NCBI RefSeq assembly: GCF_037042905.1
Contig: NC_087245.1
Span: 34,536,001-34,600,000, forward strand
DNA from: Lytechinus pictus
Taxonomy: Eukaryota
DNA: 64,000 nt
Reading direction: 5' to 3'
The notes beneath the pieces were generated by a model. It was not told the origin of the DNA, ran no database searches, and was given only the letters and a program-made list of their open reading frames with translations. This document shows positions 29,160 through 40,916 of the stretch, one piece after another; the stretch's first letter is position 1; each line of letters begins with the position of its first letter. A program made the translations under genes and the position numbers.

Positions 29160-30003
29160 CTGGTTTGTCAGGTTTGTCCCGGGGAATTGATGGTGATTCC
29201 CTGATTTATCCCCTCATCTGTAGGATCAATCGGACACCTAGGTCTAAATCTTATATGCCAAATAAATCTAAACGTAATTGGATGTGATGTAAGAAGATTG
29301 AAATCGTTTTAGAGGGGGATGCACCCTAGCTCTCAAACACTTGTCTCATCCTCTTCGTCCTATGACACCCCCCCCCCCCCCGCCCGCCACCCCCTTCCTC
29401 AAATTACGGAGTAATAATGTATCAAAAATTGTCAGGGAGCACAACATTGCGTATGAAAAAAAAATGCATGTCTGAAAACACATTTTTGGGGCACTTTTGA
29501 ATTGGAATTCTAATTTTGTGATAGATTTAGACATGGTATTAAACAAAATTATATCATATTCTTCTCTTTTCGTCTCTATTTCTGTCTTTTGTTCTTCAAT
29601 TTTTCGCCTCGAAAGTGGAACTTTTTTTCTATACTTAAGTGCAGTATATTAGTATTATTCAAATAAATTCATGATGCTCTTAGCTCTGACAGTTTTGACG
29701 AGAATGGACAACGGTATAGTGCCTATAACGGTTATTTCAATTTTTTATCAGTAATGAATGAATAATGTGTTCAGTATATAGGGGCCCATCCTTGATTGTT
29801 CGGTGTTTTTTATTGTCAATCATTATTACTCTGGTAACCATGAATGCACACCCCAAAAGTTAGTGAGTGAATTAGTCACAACCCCTTTCATGAGGCGGTC
29901 GGCGACCTCACACGTCTTCGGAACCACGTGACCCGGTCCTTTCTTATTAAGAAGTGTCACGTGACATGGTCCTGTCGGTGGTGGCTCCGTGGTTTTATTT
30001 TTT

Positions 30004-30325
30004 TGTGAATGGCAGAGCGGAAATGTAAAACGTCTCAATATTATTCTTTCTCAAGCTGCATGAATGTATTCATTTAAGTCAATTAACCACAGAAACCACA
30101 TTGAAGAATATGAACGAATAGGAGGAGAAGGATGTTGGATGAAAGTCGAGTCCCTGGTTTTCCGCAAAACGGAAAGAAAAATCGGAGAATTCCGGGAGCG
30201 GAATATCACGGAAAACACGATTTTCATGCCTCAAATTTGATCATGGAAATGAATATCATGATAATCAAAGCCAAATACAATGAAATATTTTCTATGCATA
30301 AGAAAAAACTCTGCCCATCAGACAT
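30004..30325. repeat. Dispersed repeat segment, direct copy at 40412-40769
   Basis: Collinear from tgtgaatggcagagcggaaatg to ctctgcccatcagacat with small indels. Confidence 0.85.
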
Positions 30326-31286
30326 TTTTCAGGGTTTAGTAGTTGCGTTTGCATGCATGGAAACATATAATAATTATATATATTTTCATTTACAGTATAC
30401 TGAATTTACAATAAAAAATGGCTTGATCAGGTCATACATAAAATGGCTAAAAAATGAACTTGAAACACAGGTATAAATAGGGGGAATCGGGTTCCGGAAC
30501 TGTCCGTGGTATATTACACATTAGAATGACAACCCTTGGGCATGTTGGGTCTATATTCATATAATGGTTCTGATATTCGCGTTGTCATGGTTTTGCGTAT
30601 GATGTCAAAATTTGAAACAATCTTGCAGACTTAAATATAGGCTTTTTTTTATATTATAGGTTTATGCAGTGTTGTGTCTGTTTCTGTTTATGGTAACTCC
30701 CTTAAGACTCGGCAGGACAGCTTTTTTGTCGCCTTTTTTGTTTGTCGTTATAACCAATTACATAGGAAATATTTTACGTCTAAGTTAATCAGGTATAATA
30801 GCAGCTGACAGATCTGATATTACTCTCGGGTCTTTTTATCAAAGTGGAGGCAATGGCAGAGCGTGGATTCGAACTCACAACCTTGCGATTATGTGCCCAA
30901 TCAGTGGCGTACCTAGGATTTTCAACAGGGGGGGGGGGGCAAATTCGTCCGCCAAAAAATTTGACAAGCAAAAAAAAAGAATTACGCCAGTGGTCACAAA
31001 ATTATATTTTACGTTTAAGAAGGCCAGAAATTTCTCTTACTCAGGGAGATTCACTCGAATGTGATTTTTTTTATAAAGAAATATTCCTATACATGCGCTT
31101 TTTTGTGCCCCTTATTGGTTAATCATTCATTCATTGTTTTGCTCATTACATCACTGAATGTAGTGCAGTGGTGTGACAAGACAAATATTTGGGTTGGCTG
31201 ATAGTTTCAGAGCGAGCAAGCCAATGATTTTTAATTACAATTTTTGCGAAAGTATAAGGGACTCGATCTCTCGCACCGTCTTAAAA

Positions 31287-31657
31287 GGTGGTTTCAAACC
31301 GCCTCGATCACAAGAATCCCCGTTAAATTACGAGAACTTTTTTAGGCTGAAAAATACCCATTAATTATTCCTGCATTCACACCGCCCTGAAACATACCCT
31401 TCGGGATAAGTTCCTGAAGTTACGAGCATGCGCAGTATGGTCTGATAAGCAGCAAGGCGCGAAATTCAAAATAACTAGCCCAGCAGCAACCCATGCACGG
31501 CGCCGCACCCAACGACACGCTGGGCTAAAAGTTCCCGTAATTTGCTTTCAGACCGCCAAAATACCCACGACCTTGGAAAAATCCCCGCGAAAGTTCTCGT
31601 AATTTCGCCAAGTACCTACTATTTATCGGGTATTTTCTTTCGGGGATATTACGCGTA
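31287..31657. mobile_element. Truncated copy of the 37264-37739 MITE, inverted
   Basis: 371 bp matching the reverse complement of 37369-37739 with one mismatch by eye. Confidence 0.9.
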
Positions 31658-31880
31658 GTTTACTATCCACCACCCCCCAAAAAAAATTAAAAATGTAATT
31701 CTTAACCCTCCCCCTTAATTTTGTTGATACACAACCCCCGAAGAATTCAAGACTCCCCCCCCCCTTTTTTTTTTTGCATGTCAAATTCTGTTTGGGTACG
31801 AAACGACCTAAAACTTGTGGTAAAGACCTTTTTTTTTGGTTGTCAACATTTCATTCAGCTTGAACCCCCCCCCCCCCCCC

Positions 31881-32011
31881 CAGTGGCGTACCTAGGATTT
31901 TCCAAAGGGGGGAGGGGGCAAATTCGTCCGCAAAAAAATTGACAAGCAAAAAAAAAAAAAGGTCTTCAACCGCAAGTAAAGGAAATTTCGCACCAAGAAA
32001 AAAATTTGACA

Positions 32012-32045
<34 letters not shown>

Positions 32046-32145
32046 TCTTCAAGTTCAAAGGAGGGGGCCACTTGAGGCTCATCAGGGATCAGTTTTGACT
32101 CGTCAGGGGGGCAGTCTGCACCCCCCCCCCTTAAGTACGCTAGTG
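31881..32145. mobile_element. hAT-type MITE inserted in a poly-C tract
   Basis: CAGTGGCGTAC ... GTACGCTAGTG with C-runs on both sides; same family as 2742-3044, opposite orientation; fragment also at 30902-30980. Confidence 0.8.
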
Positions 32146-33341
32146 CCCCCCCCCCTTTAAAAAATCTTGCGTACTCTACTGGGCCTGGTTTTAATGAAAC
32201 GGGAAACGGAGTACACATCTCGACTACTAACCGTTTTGGTTGTGTTTTTGAATGACCAATCGATCGAAAGGAATGAAAATATTATGATTATGCAAGGTCG
32301 TTCATTGTCTCAGCATTCGAGTTGAACGTCCGCCGTGAAAAGCCAATCAAAACAGCATGGTAGCTGCGAAGCGAAAATTAGAAAAGGTAGTGAGCAAATA
32401 AGGCGTGTCCGGTATGCTTGTAGCCATGAACTTGTTAAGCGGACAATAGATCGGTTAGTCTTTGCAATAAGTCTTTTCTATGTTTCTTTATTTACAGTTC
32501 TTTGAAACTAAATCTATAATGAGTTTGCGTTGCCATTAGATGAATTATAAGTTTGTCACGCGATATCCTGCTTGAATGACTTCATTAGTGAAATTATCTT
32601 GTCTTCGTCCCCGCCATCATTAAGTTTACTATAAAGTCTGAAAGCTAAGAATATTTTCTTTATAGTCAAAACACAAACAGAGAATTTTGGTGCAGATGAA
32701 AAAATGAAAACAAAGAATTGGCTTGTCGCCAAATGCCATCGACCACTCTGCATTAATAAGTACTGATACTTGATGAAGAATTAAGCGGGTGTCACCCAAA
32801 CAAAACTTAAACCAAATCTTGACTTTCAAAAATCATGTTGCCTGCATGCGACGTGCAATGAAGAGGGAGGGGTGGGGGTGGGGAGGGGAGGGGGTATCAA
32901 CAGCCCGCTCACTGGGGTTTATTTCCAATTGGTCCAATGCCAATTCGTCTAATTACAAACTCGTCTACTATCATTTGGTCTATCATCAATTCGTCCACTA
33001 TCCACATGGTCCAATTGCCATTTCGTCCACTCACTATTTCGTATAATATTCAGTTGGTCCAATAGCCACTTAGTCCATGAACCAATTGTGTTAATTGGTG
33101 TTAATTGGGCGAAATAAATGAAAAGAAAATTGGTTATTAGACGAACTGGTCATAGACGAATTGGTGATTAGACGAGGTGATTATTGGACCAAATGATTGT
33201 TATACGGAATATTGATGGACAGAATGGCATTGACAAAATGAAGGTAGACCATGTGGTCAGGTGAGTGGACGAGTTGGCAATAGACGAATCGGCAGTTTAC
33301 TCTCACTGGACCCATTCTTCCCATCATGCATTGAATATTCA

Positions 33342-34545
33342 CAGTGGCGTACCGTGGGTCACGGCATTGGGGGGGGGGGCACCAGAAATTTTTTTAGTCA
33401 CTTAGTGAGCGCGCGAAGCCAGTTGCCAGATAAACTGACCTAATACAGACATTTTAAGGACAGTGCCATTAAACGGATATGTATTTCACTGATCACATAA
33501 TGCGAGCGCGAAGCGCGAGCTGAATTTTTTTTATATTCAGACCTAAAAAGGGATATTATAAGCAATTTTTTGTAATCATGATACATATCTATCTCGCTAA
33601 ACAAACAATGCGAGCGCGAAGCGCGAGCTGAAATTTTTGTATACATTGACCCCAAACAGGGACATTTTGAGGACTACATTTTAGGAATCCATTAAGAGCA
33701 TACATATCTCACCATAGTCATCTAATGCGAGTGCCAAGCGCTTGCTGATTTTGTTACAATTATATACATCTAAACAGATGAAACACTTTTTGCAGTCATT
33801 GTAATCATAGTTATCATACGTATTTTACTAATCAATTAATGCGAGCGCGAAGCGCGAGCTGAAAAATATAGGAAATTCAGACCTGAAGAGGACATTTTAA
33901 GGCTTGTTTGTAAGAATTAACAAAGAATTAACAAAGACCATGCGTATTTCACCAACCAAATGATGCAAGTGCGAATCGCAAGCTGAAAATTTTTGATATT
34001 CAGATAAAAAAAAAGGGACACATTTTAAGGACTGATTTTAGGAATTCATGAAGAGCATACATATCTCATCAATCCACTAATGCGAACATAAGCACGGGCA
34101 GGAAATATTTTATATTAAGACCTTTATATGGGACAATCACTTTAAATAGTCATGAAAAAGAAGCATATGTCACTTCATAAAACAATAAGTCGAAGTGCGA
34201 TGAAATCTATTTGGTGTATATTGACTTGAAAACGGGAGGTTTTAGTACAATAGGATTATATATATCGTTAAACAGACAATGCGAGCACCAGGAACAATGA
34301 AGACTTAGGCCCTGAGCAAATTGCGTTTCATAAAGTTATGAAATTTTTGAAATGTAATATAACATAACATAATTATTATATAACATTATGATGAACAATA
34401 ATTTCTTCTTTCCCATTACGTTTCTCTCCCTCTCTCTCTCTTCTCCTTTTCCCCGTTTTTTTTTTTTTTTTTTTTGCCAGCCGATTGGGGGGGGGGGGGG
34501 CACGTGCCCCCCATGCCCCCCCCCCCCCCCGTAGTTACGCCACTG
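33342..34545. mobile_element. Non-autonomous hAT element with an internal ~115-bp tandem array
   Basis: TIR CAGTGGCGTA / TACGCCACTG; perfect 8-bp TSD AATATTCA (33334-33341, 34546-34553); recurring TGCGAGCGCGAAGCGCGAGCTGAA motif. Confidence 0.9.
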
Positions 34546-34892
34546 AATATTCACATTGTGATGAACACAAACACCACGCAATAATTTTACAGAAATAGTG
34601 CATGGAGCATTTCATGAAAGTACTTAGTTGGACTTTTTCATCCGACAAAGTCTGTTTTATCACTATAGTAACACTCGCTCAGCCAATCACAATCAATGAA
34701 AGATGTCAGAACATTATTTTGCACAATGTTCAATCTCTAAAGAGTACCTGGTACTCTTGAACATTGTCTATTTGAACACTTTATTTTACAGTGTACCATG
34801 CAGGACTGCTTCAAGTAGCAAAACTCCCACTTTTTCCTTTTACATTATATTCTGCATTTATTGCGGACCCCCCCCCCCCCCCCCACCTCCAA

Positions 34893-36676
34893 GGGCTTAT
34901 TATATTCACTCGCGTTCGTAATCACTCGCGTCGGGTTGGTAATCACACGCGTTTTTTATTTTTGGCGAATTTTTTTTTTTCGGTGCGATTTTTTTTCTAA
35001 CGGTGTCTTCAATGGGACAAACGTACTGGAAAAATAAAATGAAATTGAAATTCGAGTTTCGTTTTATTTTAAGCTGGTAAGTGCCTTAAATAAAACGTTC
35101 TCGACCACTGTTTTAAGATAACAAGCAAATTTTGACTACTGTTTTAACATAATCACATTCCACATCTTAAATCTTAGAGCCATAGGCGGCGGAAGCGGGG
35201 GGGGGGCTCCCCCTAAAAAAAGAGAGAGGGTGGAGAAAGGAAGGGAAAGAGGGAGAAAAGAGAAAGAAAAAAAAGACAGACAGAAAGAAAGAAGCAAGGA
35301 AAAAAGGAGAAAGAAAGGAGAAAAGGAATAAAGAAGAAAAAGGAGGAAAGGCTACTCTCGATTTAGCTTTGCCTTTGGAGGATTTTCCTGAAGTCTGTGG
35401 TATTCTTTATAAAGCATAGCGAGGTGCTACAATTTCATAATATCACTTTTTATTTGCTTCTCCCTTTCTTTGTGAATTATTTTACACTAACGTAAAAATC
35501 AGGGAGGAAAAAAGTGCTGAAGAAGAAAAGCAAGAAGGAAGGAGGAGGAGAAGTAGAAGAAGAAAAAAGAAGATGGAGGACATAAGGGGGTAAAAATGAA
35601 ACTAAAAAGAGAAAATTGAGGGGAGGATGTAGAAGAAGAGAAAGAGAAGATAAAATAAGAGGAAGACTGAGAAGAGAAAAGGAAGAAGTGAGAAGGGAGA
35701 TGAACACTAAGGAGAAAGGGAAGAAATTGAGAAGTAGAAGAACAGGGAGAAGAATAAGATGACATAATAATGGGAATAAAAAGAAGACTGAGAAGAAATA
35801 GAAATAGGAGGGGGAGTAAAGTGCACTCTGGTTATAAAGAAGTCCGAGGGACCAACAAAATTGTTCCTTTATACAAATAATTGTGTGTGTGTGTGATATA
35901 AGTTTTTTTTATATAATGATGGTGCACTGAACAAAATTTAAAAATGGTAAAATGGATTTTCATTAATCTTGCAGGACGTTGCAGGGTGAAAAATATGAAA
36001 AAATTTGGGGGTTATCAAGGACAAGAAATCTACACTGTATTGTAATTTGTATTGTAATGTATTTACAAGTGTATATTTGTTGTTGATCACAATGTTTTAT
36101 TTATGTTTATGTATCCAGCCTACTGTGACTCCCTGAAGCCATGTCTTCTGTTTTCCAATCCATTATTTCTGACTCAATCTGAGTTACCTCGTGCTTGGAG
36201 TTGTTTAAGGGGCCTGGATAAATGACGTAGCCGACAACTTCTGTTTTCAGGAAGGCACCGGGACGGTACGGTACCTTGGCTTTGATCGTCGCGCGAATTT
36301 TTACCGTGAGAGCGCGCACAGCCACAGGGGCGGATCTTGACCAAAAACTTCGGTCTTTGTGTCTATTAATTATTATGTTGGTTGTTCCGCTGAACTCCGT
36401 TGGCTCCACTCACCAAATACAGAGAAATTTAAAAAAAAATTAAAAATGTTTGAAAAAAACTCCTCGAAACAGACTGCTGCCAGCTGTCTGGGGCGGATCA
36501 AGCTTGTTTTCTATTCTTTAATTGCCGGCTTAAAACGAAACTCAAATTTCCCTGCATGTCTGTCCCATTGAAGACACCGTTAAAAAAAAATCGCACCGAA
36601 ATAAAAAAAATCGCCAAAAATTCAAAACGCGAGTGATTACGAACCAGAACGCGACGCGAGTGATTATAAACTGCCC
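34893..36676. mobile_element. Foldback-like element with ~160-180-bp imperfect TIRs
   Basis: ~34893-35075 is inverted at ~36525-36676; CCTCCAAGGG occurs at both boundaries (34886-34895, 36676-36685). Confidence 0.65.
36337..36490. mobile_element. Internally deleted copy of the 39259 family, 9-bp TSD
   Basis: GGGCGGATC on both sides; left and right parts match the two ends of 39259-39712. Confidence 0.8.
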
Positions 36677-37263
36677 CTCCAAGGGACAATATTCTTCATG
36701 ACTATACTTTTTGAATGGCAGTTAAGATCATGACATAAAAACGGGCATTATATTCAAACTATGAAGCAACAATGATTTCAAAAAAAAGAGAAAAAATCAT
36801 GCATGCAGTAGGCAGAAAGGATATGCAGTATACAGGGGAAGGGGAGGGGGCTAAGTGAGTTTAACTCCAGTTTACCCCCACCCTCACAAACGTAAACAAT
36901 ACCATCCCATGCATCGTGGTCACTCGTATTGTGATTTTCTTGCATGGAAAATTAATCATAATATTACCGAGAGAGGGTGCTATTTCTGATTTAAAGTCAA
37001 TTTTACCGTGGGACCACAGCCTATTTACTCATTATATTACTCCCTCCTATACTCGTTGAAACAAAAATAGGATACTCTTCGCTTTCAAGCATTTTGCTCA
37101 TCTTTCAATAACGATCAATTTATTATTGCCCTCCTAGATGGACGATTCATTTTTTGTTCTTATTATACAAAAATATATTTCCACTATGAAAAGGGAAACT
37201 ACCGGACTATAAATTTGGATTAATTCGTTGTTCGATATAGTCAAATTCAAATTTCAACCCCAA

Positions 37264-37739
37264 GGTGGTTTCACACCACCTCGAAGTTCGCCAGTTCCAG
37301 GTATTCTCTGATCGGGAAATTTACCCCGATCAGAAAATACCAGGTATTTTGGCGGTCTGAAAGCAAATTACGCGTAATATCCCCGAAAGAAAATACCCGA
37401 TAAATAGTAGGTACTTGGCGAAATTACGAGAACTTTCGCGGGGATTTTTCCAAGGTCGTGGGTATTTTGGCGGTCTGAAAGCAAATTACGGGAACTTTTA
37501 GCCCAGCGTGTCGTTGGGTGCGGCGCCGTGCATGGGTTGCTGCTGGGCTAGTGATTTTGAATTTCGCGCCTTGCTGCTTATCAGACCATACTGCGCATGC
37601 TCGTAACTTCAGGAACTTATCCCGAAGGGTATGTTTCAGGGCGGTGTGAATGCAGGAATAATTAATGGGTATTTTTCAGCCTAAAAAAGTTCTCGTAATT
37701 TAACGGGGATTCTTGTGATCGAGGCGGTTTGAAACCACC
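37264..37739. mobile_element. Young MITE, probably PIF/Harbinger-type
   Basis: TIR GGTGGTTTCACACCACCTCGA / TCGAGGCGGTTTGAAACCACC; flanks CAA and TAA; internal ~30-bp direct repeat ggtattttggcggtctgaaagcaaattacg. Confidence 0.85.
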
Positions 37740-38014
37740 TAATGTAAATTAGCCCAAGGGTCATCGGTTATTACACCTTAATCTTTTTTGCAAAATTCGA
37801 ATACATAAAAGAAACCTTTTAAAAATTCTTCCAATCCCAAGGTTGCAAAGCGTGCAAATTTATGCACCCCATATCAATGTGCAAGTCTATATAGCACAAC
37901 ATGATATGCGACAACGATGATTTTTTTTTTGGATTAAATTTGTCAAAACTAAACACGGACCTAAAAAAACAAACAATCTAAAACAAGTTTCATGTTTTGA
38001 AGATCTATATATAG

Positions 38015-38200
38015 CAGTGGCGTACAGATAGGGGTGGGGGCTTGTGGGCACTTTCTGAATGTTATGTCAAAATCTATATTTGATTTTTGAAATAAGAATG
38101 TCTCAATTTTTGCTCGCTACTTTTTTTTTTTACCTAGATTTTGCCCGATAAATATCTCGCCCCCTAAATTTAATTGTTTGGCTCGTATGTTACGCCACTG
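38015..38200. mobile_element. Short hAT-type MITE
   Basis: CAGTGGCGTA / TACGCCACTG; flanks ATATATAG and ATATATGA; a relative lies at ~20695-20966. Confidence 0.7.
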
Positions 38201-39139
38201 ATATATGAAGGCCTGAAAAGAAGAAGACATTAAAGAGACACTCGGGGCTGAAAAATATTTGATTTTAATAAACAGAGTAAAATCAGACAACCAAATCACT
38301 GATTTTTTTTACTTTGGACGAGGATTTATAACAAAGTTATGAAAATTCAAAGCTTAATTTGCATTATGTCGGTGAAACAGTTTTATCTATTTCTTTATTA
38401 AAAGTCATACTGTACATTCTACAATATTTGAGCCAATGATGTCTTTTCGATCCTCGTATATCATTATGTAATATTCAAATTTTGTCCCCAATGCCGGGCC
38501 CCAATGATCTAAAACATGATCATCTTCTGATTTCCTGTGGAAGATGATAAGTTCTAAGATTTTTTTTCTTATAAATAACATGCATGTATACAATTCCCGC
38601 CCAATTCCCTGGTACAAAGGTGATGCATCTTTTCATTTTATCAAATTAAATTGTGGATTGATCCCCGGACTTGAATGTCGGCGTCAGACGCCTCAGAGCT
38701 CAGCAGACCACTGACCACGGCACTACTCTCTCTCTTAGCACGTCGATTGCATACAGTATAGTATCATAGACAAAATCGTAGATTGCATTGCGCGCGGGAC
38801 GCTCGAGCTATGCAGTTAACGTGACCTCTTCGAACTAGGTATTCAACGTCAAGTCAATGTAGAATTGCATTTGCAACCAGTATTGTGCTTTCATAATAAG
38901 GTATTGTAAGATTCATTTTATATGCAGAGTAGCTTAATGAATTGAAGATTCCGTTAAACTGCATGCGTTTATCAAACAATTAGAAATTTGGTCTTGAACA
39001 CAGACATCATTCTTCGTCTTTGTTCGGCGATCTCATTTTGTACAGCCCCACTCGTTAATTTATATGTTTGCATGGAAGTAGATCTCTAGCTGGGAGCTCG
39101 AGCTCAACTTCCTCAAGCCTCACTATTTTTTATTAGGGT

Positions 39140-39246
39140 CTTAGCCTTGAGGACTCCATGTCTGATATTTTTTAATATTTTGACATATATGTATATGTCA
39201 AAATATAAAAGAATATATTATCAGACATGGAGTCCTCAATGCTAAG
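39140..39246. repeat. 107-nt near-perfect hairpin
   Basis: Arms cttagc(c)ttgaggactccatgtctgata / tatcagacatggagtcctcaa(t)gctaag plus an inner atattttgacatat / atatgtcaaaatat stem. Confidence 0.85.
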
Positions 39247-39258
39247 CCTCACTAACGT

Positions 39259-39712
39259 TAGACCAAAAGCTTCAGTCTCTGTTAGTGTTATGTTGGTTGT
39301 TCAGCTGAACTCCGTTGGCTTCACTCACCAAATACAGAGACCGAAGTTCTAGCGCGATCTGTACAGGGGACTCAATGGCCATATGTTTATGTACTTAAGA
39401 TCGGATAAAACGGGGAAGTGAATTTGCGCGACAGCCGAGGTAAGTCACTGTTTTTGTTCCTTTTAACTTAATTTTTCTCGGTTTTTTGGCAATTGATGCC
39501 AAGAGGGAATATTAATTTGCATTTTGGTCGCGTGAATTTTCACAATTTTTACTCATTAAAGACAAAAATTGAAGAGCCCCGACGGGGGGATTTTGCATTG
39601 CAAGTCCCCTAATGGTGGCTGCACGCTAGCGAGCCGTCTGTGTACGAGGAGAAATTTAAAAAATATAAAAATGTTAAAAAACTCCTCGAAACAGACGGCT
39701 GCCAGCTGTCTA
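39259..39712. mobile_element. Non-autonomous element with 9-bp TSD and 5-bp termini TAGAC/GTCTA
   Basis: CACTAACGT at 39250-39258 and 39713-39721. Confidence 0.85.
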
Positions 39713-39722
39713 CACTAACGTT

Positions 39723-40223
39723 AGCTGTCTGCTTCGAGGATTTTTTAAGCATTTTTTTATATCACCTCGTACACAGACGGCTCGCGATCGTGCAGCCGCC
39801 ATTAGACTTTAAAGGGTTAAAAATGCAAAATCCCCCAAGGGGCTCATCGATTTTTTTTCTTTCTTTATAGTTTATTTCATAAAAATATATGAAAAGAACT
39901 GACCAAAATAAAGATTATTATTCCGTTTTGGCCTGAAATGCACCAAAATGTGAAAAAATAAACTTAAAAGGACGAAAAACAGTGACTTACATAGGCTGTC
40001 GTGCAACTTCACTTCCCTGGCACTCACACAAGCATGCGAGGTTGCTTCCCTGGTCATGCTGGTTTATTCGAACTAAATACTTTTTTAAACATATGGCAAT
40101 TGAGTACCTGTACTGAAGTGGCTGTACAAATCGAGGTAGAATTTCGGTCTCTGTAATTGGTGAGTGGAGCCAACGGACTTCAGCGGAACAACCAATAAAA
40201 CAGAGTCCGAAGCTTTTGATCTA
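39723..40223. mobile_element. Diverged inverted copy of the 39259 family
   Basis: Reverse-complement similarity along the whole length, ending agcttttgatcta. Confidence 0.8.
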
Positions 40224-40916
40224 AGAGTCTAAGCCTTACATGGCTTAGGCTTAGCCAGGAGGCTCCTAGAGAGTAAAAATCATTTACTAACGTATGCTTA
40301 CTCTCTACGGAACGGAGCCAGGGATTGCGTCCCATTCATGTGCGTGTCCGTCATTTGTGTGCTGAGCAATACAACAACATAACATGGTGGCAGCAATATA
40401 GTCGAGGAAAATGTGAATGGCAGAGCGGAAATGTAAAACGTCTCAATATTATTCTTTCTCAAGCTGCATAAATGTACCTACTCAGTAGTACTCAGTGCAT
40501 TCATATAAGTCAATTAACCAAATAAACCACGTTGAAGAAGATGAACGTATAGGAGGAGAAGGATGGTGGATTAAAGTCGAGTCCCTAGTTTTCCGCAAAA
40601 CGGAAAGAAAAATCACAGAATTCTGGGGAAAGTATACAGAATTAGCGGAATATCACAGAAAACACGATTTTCATGCCTCAAATTCGATCATGGAAATGAA
40701 TATGATAATCAAAGCAAAATACAATAAAATATATTCTATGCATAAGAGAAAACTCTGCCCATCAGACATACTAACATTAAGATTAAAATGAGACAAAACG
40801 ATATCTATAGCATCCAAAAGTTATTTATGTTTGAAATATGAAACAGGTCTCTCCCATAAACTTTGTGTGTTCCGCTCCCCCTCTCCTGCCAACCCTATCC
40901 ATCTGTTCTATCGTTA

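Noticed and set aside
33400..34300. CRISPR-like array
   Set aside because: Eukaryotic context; the spacers are homologous to each other and the array lies inside a hAT element.
30132..40791. Similar ORFs at 30132 and 40495 as paralogous genes
   Set aside because: The similarity comes from the duplicated repeat segment; indels shift the frame between copies and no domain is recognisable.
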